From a virus: a stretch of 64,000 bases of DNA. Numbering within the stretch: position 1 is the first letter of the stretch; each line of letters starts with the position of its first letter. A program made the translations under genes and the position numbers. Shown here in pieces: positions 56,401-64,000 of the stretch. The notes beneath the pieces were generated by a model. The model did not search any database. It saw nothing but the letters and a program-made list of their open reading frames with translations, and was not told where the DNA came from. The stretch covers positions 32,001 through 96,000 of the IMG/VR virus record IMGVR_UViG_3300044953_000102. One strand, given 5' to 3'.

Positions 56401-58309
56401 CTTTATTGATTCTCCATTAGTAAGGGGTTCAGGTGGTCAATTTATCGCAGGTGATGAAAATCTTTTGACATATGATCAAGGAGGTTTTGTAGATATGGAT
56501 GCTGAAAATCCTTTAGTAAGATTTATCTACGGTGGAGATGAAACCGGATACTATGAACCAGAAGATTTACCAATGGCTCAATTTGGTCAAAATATAATGA
56601 ATAAAGATCTTGAGCAAAGAGTAGTAGGGGATAAATTATCATATGATGATTGGGTTGAGGGTGAAAGAGATGATTTTGCAACAACACATCCTGGTGAAGA
56701 TTTTGATACTTGGAAAGCTGGTCAAACTGGTCAAGATGATTATAAAAAATATGAAGATTTTTATGGTAAATCTTTATATGATTATACAAACTTTGATGAT
56801 CCAAATGTAAATCCTAATCCAAATAATAATCCAAATAATAATACACAAAATGGTAAAAATTGTCCTCAAGGATATGTTTGGAATGCAACATATAATGCAT
56901 GTATACCGGTAGCTCAAGTTACTTATAATCCAAGAGTTGTTAGAGGTCAATCAGGATTATTTAGAAATTTAGCTCCTTGGAATCCAGCATTTGGTTATGC
57001 AGGATCTTGGACAAAACAAATGTCATTACCATATCAATTAGGTTCTCGTAATCCTTATATGGGTCAACTTACCGGTGCACCTGCTGCACGATATGTTACC
57101 AAAAAAGGAATATTTGGAAAACCTAAAAAATGGATTGATATTTATGATGTTGATGCAGCAGATGATATTTTAAGTAATTACGATTATGTGGGTCCAGAAA
57201 ATATAAACTCATATGATAATAATAATATGCAGCAAACTAGAAAAAAAAGTTCTGGTGATAGACTAGATAGACGGATTGCAAGATGGGATAGAAGAGCTGC
57301 AAGAAATGAAGAGGAGTATGAACCTATGGAAGGTGCTATTACAAACTATGAAAACCCAGATGATTTTTATAATGCAATAAATCCTGTTTCTAGAGAAGAT
57401 GCTCAATTCTTAGGTGCTGGTTATACTGCTTCTGAAGATTATAAAAATAAAGGTAAAGTAAGAACAGTTAGAGATGCAGAAGGTAACTGGTATGATAGAG
57501 ATGATAAAATGATACCTGGTAAAAAAGCTCCTTCAGAAGTTCCTGGATATTATGATAAAAAAAGTAATTTAACAAAAGATGAACTTAAGTTACTTGAAAA
57601 TTTAAAATATTTTAGACATGGAGGTTTACATACATATGGGCCTGGTGGTGCTAATGATCCTAATACTAATCCACCGGCTTGGATGTCAGGTCCTAATCCA
57701 AAACAATATGGCACATATGATGGAAATATGATAAGTCAAGCACCAATGGGTACAACCAAAGGTTTTGATGAGTTTGGTAATCCTGTAAGTCAAGCACCAG
57801 CATTTGGTATTCAACCACCAGCAGCTGCATCACCAGAAAACTATTATGTTAAAGATCAAAATCCAATTAAAAGAAATTTAGTTGGGGTAGAAAATAAAAG
57901 AAAAGACATGTTTAATGTTGATTCAGAATCTTTTCTAAATCAAACTAATGCATTTGCAAGAGGAGCTTTAAATTTATTTGATCCTGAGAAAAAAAGACAA
58001 TGTGGTCCTGGAACTACTTGGAACTCAAGCACACAAACATGCCAACCTACAGATGCAATGGATATCTATGCTACAGCTACTGAACAAGATAGAGGTGACT
58101 GGACAGATATAGGTTCTAAGGCTGGTCTATATAGATATGATCAAGAAGGACAAGATAGAAGCAGTAGAGCAACCTTTGGTCAGTATGGTGGATACATGCA
58201 AGATGGTGGTTTTTATGACCCATATTACGAAGAGGATGAAGAAGTAATTATGACTCCTGAAGAATTAGAACAATTCTTGGCATCTGGAGGACAAGTTGAA
58301 TATTTATAA
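53480..58309 (+). CDS. giant putative internal virion polyprotein
   Basis: 1609 aa, many xxxGG/AQxG linkers, shared C-terminal tag. Confidence 0.75.
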   Translation: MKKSVRIRKALPGEKPGYYNKTAKFLKKAQMGMEVNSPSNDPQRLNAIYTNVYASLMSDITPDVIYSSLIGEYALDENTALMILRSALGKLAEEGKIDPESLEGGNSQQNQKQEEQPSETQDRESQEEYDQRMSEDAEQDELAMSDEGYYDEEEAANNDNSHLDTEQEQQQQAFAFGGYYDTGGESDEDYSDYYDDSNQSSSPENAVINQYNNPGQNKMKKPFSMEDLINMTPGIQGTQSVPGIEDYLGDYRPISESYGSMDYLPQAQWGGLSLLPGLTRQVEKGIEAFNKGYSAIRGLSPMTNVSGIRKALPLATLTGEALTKLPYIGKKLAPQLKTTFTQNRNHLWKVLNGAGPNQEIFGNVGTRANPDGSLQVNRLLLYQDDVAKIVSQIEDSGSPAAVIEPDGSMSWDYSKTLPERKVFELGEVQPMAAADGLVSGVYPMNSKVTGGVDDKGNKFFEISHKFGPNQTLPFGSTSSKAKELTFKNRFYYKTVVDPATNQTSIKVFGPLGEELTPGTQTKFKIQRPFIPSVLRTVAEKFLQDPNTPFPNFQVDFGRNPNGPFTSRVGRVDITSTPPSTVDRLSTRGKIGRGLENFALSTYIPQIFGLGNPLRTSPKNVTPLKLPVLGYTSSALGPNVVNPALETGVASDIANAMNYKYRIGRNALIGAGGLGYLGYKTWDAFYNQCQCDNPTGRNYMPKDEYGNCPCGGDVDDKRILDPTEQPTVQDIMKFLDEQGLYPTEKDYYRLKGKNKRSKAVDYKTGGITEKQFVKAFSSKFQDGGPQDQSLGKGKRMDTLTNDVEARKDIFKSKLKDNSNVALTKEIYKNAQSNPQILNMLMQDGPKENLAEDTGMQTAQFGGVPNWYTGYNTALSPKEYRKLYRQMKRMIPRGLDISRANMASNFYDNRFMQPGYGTVVTTPEYMNMLAMSSLPLYKSAANVYGGGRKPSELQAYEATAINNEKGIPLLPEMTPDFIDSPLVRGSGGQFIAGDENLLTYDQGGFVDMDAENPLVRFIYGGDETGYYEPEDLPMAQFGQNIMNKDLEQRVVGDKLSYDDWVEGERDDFATTHPGEDFDTWKAGQTGQDDYKKYEDFYGKSLYDYTNFDDPNVNPNPNNNPNNNTQNGKNCPQGYVWNATYNACIPVAQVTYNPRVVRGQSGLFRNLAPWNPAFGYAGSWTKQMSLPYQLGSRNPYMGQLTGAPAARYVTKKGIFGKPKKWIDIYDVDAADDILSNYDYVGPENINSYDNNNMQQTRKKSSGDRLDRRIARWDRRAARNEEEYEPMEGAITNYENPDDFYNAINPVSREDAQFLGAGYTASEDYKNKGKVRTVRDAEGNWYDRDDKMIPGKKAPSEVPGYYDKKSNLTKDELKLLENLKYFRHGGLHTYGPGGANDPNTNPPAWMSGPNPKQYGTYDGNMISQAPMGTTKGFDEFGNPVSQAPAFGIQPPAAASPENYYVKDQNPIKRNLVGVENKRKDMFNVDSESFLNQTNAFARGALNLFDPEKKRQCGPGTTWNSSTQTCQPTDAMDIYATATEQDRGDWTDIGSKAGLYRYDQEGQDRSSRATFGQYGGYMQDGGFYDPYYEEDEEVIMTPEELEQFLASGGQVEYL

Positions 58310-58317
58310 CATAACCA

Positions 58318-61300
58318 ATGATAAAAGTTAGAATTAAAAAGTTACCTCAAGCAAGAACTGGATACCAAGTTCAAGGAGCATTAGTAAATGACGTACCTGC
58401 TATGGGAGGTGCAGACTATAATGCATACATTGGTGCACCAAAACTTCGGGAAAGTAAATACATCAAAGCTGTCCCTAGAGATGAAGCAAATCTAGAAGCA
58501 GAAGGTAGAGAAACAGTATATGGAGACATCAATGGTGATGGAATGCCAGAACATAAAATTATTGTTGGTCCAAGACATGCTCAAGGTGGAGTTCCTTTAA
58601 ATCTTCCAGAAGATACTTTTATTTTCTCTGACACAAGAGCAATGAGAATAAAAGATCCAGAATTACTAAACATGTTTGGTAAAGGAGGTACAAATAAATC
58701 TTATACTCCGGCAGAACTAGCTAAACAATACGATGTACAGAAGTATAGAAAAATACTAGAAGATCCTGAGACAGATGCAATAGAAAGAAAGACTGCAGAG
58801 TTAATGATCAAAAAGTATGTTGTTAAACTAGGCTGTCTTGCTCTTGCACAAGAATCTATGAAAGGATTCCCACAGGGTATCCCAGCAGTAGCAAAACCAT
58901 GTATGGAAGCTAGAGGTTTAACTGAGCAAGATATTCTACCTAATAAAGAAATATCTGTTCTAAATGATCAGTTAAAAAAACAAATGGAACAAGAAGGAGC
59001 GACAGATGAAAACATACTTCAACAAGCTGAAGAGATGAATGATGGTAATCCTGTTGCACAACCACAAGAAATGGGTCCTCCTCAAGAACAAATGGAAGCT
59101 CCTTCACCAGAAGAAATGATGATGTATAGTGGATATAGAAGAAGATTAAGAAGAGCACAAGAAGGAATGCAACAACCATCTCCTGAAGAAATGGCAATGA
59201 TGCAACAGCAACAACAAGGTGGTCAAGATGAAATGGGTGAGATAATGAAAGAAGTTGCAAATGCTCTTCAAAGAGGTGCTGATCCTTCTGAAGTTGTTAT
59301 GAGTTTATTACAGAACAACATTCCACCAGATGCAATTGTACAAATATTTACACAACTTGGTGCTGAACCACAACAAGCTGCTCAAATAGTACAGCAAGTA
59401 ATAGCACAGGCCCAAGGTGGTGGTCAAGAACAAATGATGCCACAAGAACAACCTATGTCAGAAGAAGAAGCAATGATGATGCAACAACAACAGATGCAAC
59501 AACAAGCTCCTCCTATGGCACAGTATGGTATGACAATGGGTGGTTATGATATGCCATTCTATGATATGCCAGAAGCTGCTTATGGTATGGCAATGGGTTC
59601 TGGTCAATCTCAAAACTATCAAGGAAGGCCTAAAAGAATTCCTGGATCAGGTCCTATGTTTCCATTAACTAAAGCAGGGAATGGAATAACTATTGATGCT
59701 TCTAATATGACTAATGAACAACTTCAAAGAGCTATTTGGGATGCACAACAAAAAGATAAAAATGCTGAAATTACTGTAACTCGTAAAGATGCTAATGGTC
59801 AAGTAAAAACACAAAAACTTAAATCATCAGGATTTATGATTCCTGAAGGTAAGGATATTACAGATTTAAAAGGTTTTCCAGATACACCTGCAGGAAGGGT
59901 TGCTGCAGCACAATATTTATTAATTGAAGAAAACTTAAATAATTCTACAGTTAAAGCTGAGATTATTAAAAATACTAAAGAAGCACTTGAAAATCCAGAT
60001 GCTTGGACAGGTAAAGGTGGTACAAGAAATGCTAATAATACTTGGTCAAATAAATATGGTGCATTACCTTCTGATGAGGAAATTATAAAACAAGCATTAA
60101 ATCATCAAAAAAGAAATTTGATGTTTGAAGCTAATGAAATTGATCCGCAATTATTTTCTGATGTTGGTCATAAACTTGATGATGTTGATACTGTACTTAA
60201 TAAAGGGTACGTTAATCCAAAAACTGGACAAAAATATACAAGAGCTGAGGCAGAAGCAGCACTTAAATCTCTTAATGTTAAAGGTTTTACTAATGTTGCT
60301 GCAATGTCAAATATACTAGGAGTTCCTTTAGACCCTAAAGGAAAAGATAGAGTTCTCCAGCAAGGAACAATGCACGGATATGCAAAAGCATATCAAAACT
60401 TTTCATCTGGTGCTTATAACTCTAATCCAGATGCAAAATATGCTATGGATAATTTTTTGGGTAATGTAAGTTTAGTTCACTCAGGTGCGGATGATGAAAC
60501 TTCAATGGGAGCTTTGTATGGATCAATAGGTAATAGAATATCTCCTCTTGATGATAAATATGATTATTCAGATAATAATTGGTATCAAAAAAATTCTGGC
60601 AGATTAGTGAAAGGTAAGTTTACTACTTATGGAGATACAACAGCTGGTCATAAATATATGGTTGGTAAAAGAAATCTAGAATTTGAAGATATTCCAGAAA
60701 GTGGACCTTGTCAATGTGAAAAAGATAAATTACCTGATGGATCACCGGACCCTTCATATAAACCAAAAGATGCTCAAGGTAATTGTACTTGTGATCCTCC
60801 AAAACCTAAAGATTGTCCATGTCAAAAATCTGATGGTACAGTAATAAACATGACTGCAAATGCAGATGGTACTTGCCCGCCTTGTACAGAACCTAAAGAT
60901 ATACCTGTACCAGGTCCTCCTGCTGAATGGTGGTTACAAGATACAATTAAAACTACCGGTGCATTTGGAGATTTAATGGGAGTTAAAAAGTATATGCCGT
61001 GGGCAGCTCCTGCAAAACTTCAAACACCAAGACCTACATTCTTAGATCCAACAAGAGAACTTGCTGCTAATGCAGAACAAGCAAATATACAAACTGCAGG
61101 TATGGCACAGTTTGCTGGACCACAAGCACTATCTGCAAGATCATCAAGTGTTCAAGGTCAAGCTTCTAAGAATGCTGCAGATATACTTTCTAAATATAAT
61201 AATGCTAATGTTAACATAGCAAATCAGTTTGAGATGAAAGCTACAGACATTAGAAACCAGGAAAGTATGTTGAATCAAGCAACACAGCAAAGATTGTATG

Positions 61301-61731
61301 ATCAAAATACAATTGCTAATCAACAGTTTGATAATGCTAAGTTGGCAATGAGAAACAACTTAAGAAATTACTATACTAACGCAATTACCAATAGATGGAA
61401 AACTGATGCATTAAATCAGATGTTCCCGAACTATCAAGTATCTCCAGGAGTAGGTGGACAAATGTATTATCAACCTACAGCAAAAACAACTAATCCTTCA
61501 CAAACTTCAGGAAAAACTAAAGAAGAATGGTTTAAGTGGTGTAAAGATAATGGTGATCCAAATCCTTCTGCATGTGCTAATAGAATGATGAGTGGTAATA
61601 ATTCAAATTCAGGAGGTGGAGCAGATCCAAATATGGTAAATACTATGTATGGAACAGCTAGAGATGGTGGAGAAATGTTTGAAGATGGTGGTTTTGTTTA
61701 TATTGATTCATGGCTTCCATTTATCATGTAA
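58318..61731 (+). CDS. giant putative internal virion protein
   Basis: EAEG.E...GPRHAQGG...FIFSD N-domain; Q/M-rich linker; N/Q/A-rich coiled-coil C-terminus. Confidence 0.75.
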   Translation: MIKVRIKKLPQARTGYQVQGALVNDVPAMGGADYNAYIGAPKLRESKYIKAVPRDEANLEAEGRETVYGDINGDGMPEHKIIVGPRHAQGGVPLNLPEDTFIFSDTRAMRIKDPELLNMFGKGGTNKSYTPAELAKQYDVQKYRKILEDPETDAIERKTAELMIKKYVVKLGCLALAQESMKGFPQGIPAVAKPCMEARGLTEQDILPNKEISVLNDQLKKQMEQEGATDENILQQAEEMNDGNPVAQPQEMGPPQEQMEAPSPEEMMMYSGYRRRLRRAQEGMQQPSPEEMAMMQQQQQGGQDEMGEIMKEVANALQRGADPSEVVMSLLQNNIPPDAIVQIFTQLGAEPQQAAQIVQQVIAQAQGGGQEQMMPQEQPMSEEEAMMMQQQQMQQQAPPMAQYGMTMGGYDMPFYDMPEAAYGMAMGSGQSQNYQGRPKRIPGSGPMFPLTKAGNGITIDASNMTNEQLQRAIWDAQQKDKNAEITVTRKDANGQVKTQKLKSSGFMIPEGKDITDLKGFPDTPAGRVAAAQYLLIEENLNNSTVKAEIIKNTKEALENPDAWTGKGGTRNANNTWSNKYGALPSDEEIIKQALNHQKRNLMFEANEIDPQLFSDVGHKLDDVDTVLNKGYVNPKTGQKYTRAEAEAALKSLNVKGFTNVAAMSNILGVPLDPKGKDRVLQQGTMHGYAKAYQNFSSGAYNSNPDAKYAMDNFLGNVSLVHSGADDETSMGALYGSIGNRISPLDDKYDYSDNNWYQKNSGRLVKGKFTTYGDTTAGHKYMVGKRNLEFEDIPESGPCQCEKDKLPDGSPDPSYKPKDAQGNCTCDPPKPKDCPCQKSDGTVINMTANADGTCPPCTEPKDIPVPGPPAEWWLQDTIKTTGAFGDLMGVKKYMPWAAPAKLQTPRPTFLDPTRELAANAEQANIQTAGMAQFAGPQALSARSSSVQGQASKNAADILSKYNNANVNIANQFEMKATDIRNQESMLNQATQQRLYDQNTIANQQFDNAKLAMRNNLRNYYTNAITNRWKTDALNQMFPNYQVSPGVGGQMYYQPTAKTTNPSQTSGKTKEEWFKWCKDNGDPNPSACANRMMSGNNSNSGGGADPNMVNTMYGTARDGGEMFEDGGFVYIDSWLPFIM

Positions 61732-61787
61732 ACTTTATAGGTTTATTAAACTAAAAAAATTTTAATAGTTTTACACAAAGACAAATT

Positions 61788-64000
61788 ATGGCAACGTATC
61801 TACAAGGAGTCACAGATTTTATACCAGATTATCAGCCGTTTCAACCTGATTTAAATTTCTATGGAAATCTATTGCAAACTAAACAAACGCAATATGATAC
61901 TAATTGGAAACAGTTAAATAATCTGTATGGCCAGTTATATGGTGCTGACCTTACTCATGACATGAATCTTAAAAAGAAAGATGAGTTACTAAAACAAATT
62001 GATTTTAATCTTAAAAGAGTTTCAGGATTAGATCTTTCTTTAGAACAAAATGTAAATCAAGCTATGCAAGTATTTAGACCTTTTTATGAGGATAAGTACT
62101 TAATGAAAGATATGGCTTGGACTAAAAATTGGAAAAATACTTATGAATCTGCCAATGCTCTTAAAAATTCACAAGATGAAAAACAAAGAAAACAATGGTG
62201 GAGTACAGGTATACAAGGACTTGAGTTAAGAAAACAAATGTTTAAGGATGCAACATTAGATGAAACCTTAAACATGGCAAATGCAAAATATACTGCTAAT
62301 GTAAATGATTTCCAGGAGTATTTAGATCTTGCTAAAAAATATAACATTGGTGCAGTTGTACAAGAACCAGATAAGTCTGGATTATACTTTGTAAGAAAAA
62401 AGAATGGAGAATTAATTTTACCAACTCTTCAACAAATGTTTTTAGCAGAGTATGCTAATAGACCTGATATACAAGATAAGTATAGAGAAGAAGCATTTGT
62501 AGAAAGGATGAACTATGCATATCAGAATAAAGAAAAATTTGGTAGTACTCTTGAAGCTGAAAAAGATTATATTAAACAAAAGTACGACTACATTAAAAAA
62601 TATGCTGAGCAAAAAGATGGAAAAGCTCAAGATGAATTAAATACTACTCAGAACCTTATTGGTAATTTAGAAAAAAATGTTAATTCTGGTAATGTAAATC
62701 CTCAACAAAAATCATATTATGAGAGACTTACAGAAAGTTTACAAGTAAATGCAACAATTGCACAAAATACAAGTAACTTAAATAATCAAATCAATGACAA
62801 AAAAGCAGCTGGAGAAGAGGGTCCAGATGATATACTAAGTGATATAGAATTAGCAAGACTTAAAGTAGATGCAGGATATGCAGCTATTGCAGCAGAACAA
62901 AAAATAATGGGTGCTGCAAATGCTTATGCTTTTGCAAACTATGAAGTAGAATATAAAGCAAATCCTGTTGGTCTTGAATTTTTAAGACATAAACATGCAA
63001 GTCAAAGACAACAACAAGCTCATAGAAATAGAGAAGAAGAACTCAGATTGCAACATGAGCAAAGAATGTTTGAAAAAGCTGCTGATCATAATGTTAGTCT
63101 AGGGTATTGGTCATATGATCAAAATGGTAGATTAATTACTAATCCACAAGCAAATGGATTTAACTTAGATTTTACAGTTCCTGGAGGTACAGGTTCAGAA
63201 ACTGAAGGTAAATTTACATTTGATGAACTACAAAGAATTAGTAGAAATCAAATGTTAAGTGGTGCAGTAGAAGGTGGAAACCATTTAATGAAAACAATTC
63301 AAAACGGTATTACTACTGGATCATTTAGTGCATCACAACTAGCACAACTTATATTAAACTTTAACCCATCACATAAAGTAGCAAATAAAATTATTGATGC
63401 AGGGAAAGCAGGTAGTACAGATGCCAATAAAAAACTAATGAAAGAAGCATGGAATGGTATCTGGACTGAATACAAAAAAGACAATAATAGCTTTATTAAA
63501 AAAATGGCTGATTCTGGCCAGTTATGGGAAGTAAATTCATATATGCAAAGTTGGGCATCGTTGAAACAAGGAGATCCTCTTTCTAAAGTATATTCAAATG
63601 ACCCAGCAATATATAATTTGCAACAATTAAAAAGAGTTGATGATGCATTGCTTCAAATTAGAAATCAAAACTATGATAACATTAGGGCTAAGTTTAAAAA
63701 AGATTTAAATCACATAGTTTCAAAAGTAAAAGCAAAAGATCCTGAAACATATAAAAATGTAACTCAAGAAAAAATTGATCAAGCCGTTGATTTGATGATG
63801 AATCGTTATGTGTTAGATGGTAACGGTCATACAGAAGAGTTTTATAAAATTGCAGATCAAGTTGACAGACAAATTGGAAAAATTTTAGGATTTAATATTT
63901 CTAAAACGACTAATCGTCCAGCAACATTAAAATGGTATAATTATGTATTTCCTATAACAAATATTGGAAAAATATTTGGTGATGGAAGAGAAGATGTTCA
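61788..64000 (+). CDS. giant putative internal virion protein, 3'-truncated by the window (not in ORF track)
   Basis: MATYLQGVTDFIPDYQPFQPDLNFY...; same frame open at the window end. Confidence 0.8.
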   Translation, partial: MATYLQGVTDFIPDYQPFQPDLNFYGNLLQTKQTQYDTNWKQLNNLYGQLYGADLTHDMNLKKKDELLKQIDFNLKRVSGLDLSLEQNVNQAMQVFRPFYEDKYLMKDMAWTKNWKNTYESANALKNSQDEKQRKQWWSTGIQGLELRKQMFKDATLDETLNMANAKYTANVNDFQEYLDLAKKYNIGAVVQEPDKSGLYFVRKKNGELILPTLQQMFLAEYANRPDIQDKYREEAFVERMNYAYQNKEKFGSTLEAEKDYIKQKYDYIKKYAEQKDGKAQDELNTTQNLIGNLEKNVNSGNVNPQQKSYYERLTESLQVNATIAQNTSNLNNQINDKKAAGEEGPDDILSDIELARLKVDAGYAAIAAEQKIMGAANAYAFANYEVEYKANPVGLEFLRHKHASQRQQQAHRNREEELRLQHEQRMFEKAADHNVSLGYWSYDQNGRLITNPQANGFNLDFTVPGGTGSETEGKFTFDELQRISRNQMLSGAVEGGNHLMKTIQNGITTGSFSASQLAQLILNFNPSHKVANKIIDAGKAGSTDANKKLMKEAWNGIWTEYKKDNNSFIKKMADSGQLWEVNSYMQSWASLKQGDPLSKVYSNDPAIYNLQQLKRVDDALLQIRNQNYDNIRAKFKKDLNHIVSKVKAKDPETYKNVTQEKIDQAVDLMMNRYVLDGNGHTEEFYKIADQVDRQIGKILGFNISKTTNRPATLKWYNYVFPITNIGKIFGDGREDV

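Noticed and set aside
1-64000. Stop-codon reassignment (TAG or TGA), known in some crAss-like phages
   Set aside because: Giant ORFs are intact under code 11; TAG and TGA end genes right before the next starts; the only tRNA is not a suppressor
46504-64000. Virion RNA polymerase among the giant ORFs
   Set aside because: No DxDxD catalytic motif (such as DFDID) recognised in these ORFs; it may lie outside the window

Overview
This 64-kb window is part of an AT-rich tailed dsDNA phage genome with crAss-like (Crassvirales-related, podovirus-type) architecture. The host is probably Bacteroidota, judged from TAnnTTTG promoter boxes, A-rich leaders without Shine-Dalgarno sites and a Bacteroidota-type ClpS. 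Positions 1-9.6 kb form a minus-strand block of small early/accessory genes (ClpS, SF2 helicase, HNH nuclease), tRNA-Arg(UCU) and a ~1.5-kb ORF-poor, heavily base-paired ncRNA cluster (6.6-8.1 kb). A G-rich island at ~9.7 kb marks the strand switch. The plus-strand block carries, in order: metallophosphoesterase, GroES, a lysis cassette (u-spanin, holin, amidase), IHF-like and PD-(D/E)xK genes, TerL, portal, scaffold, major capsid protein, a cluster of very small Lys-rich proteins, ferritin, Cys-rich tail and fibre proteins, a tail stabilisation protein and five giant putative internal (ejected) proteins, the last truncated by the window edge. Two features stand out. (1) A pervasive [M/F/Y/A]-x-x-G-G / A-Q-x-G linker motif plus a shared C-terminal tag divides the basic proteins and giant cargo proteins into modules (a SET methyltransferase, two zincins). 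This suggests an undescribed di-glycine polyprotein processing and packaging system. (2) A tandem cluster of structured RNAs includes an ~860-nt ROOL/GOLLD-like RNA. All family assignments come from motif recognition and synteny; no database searches were run.
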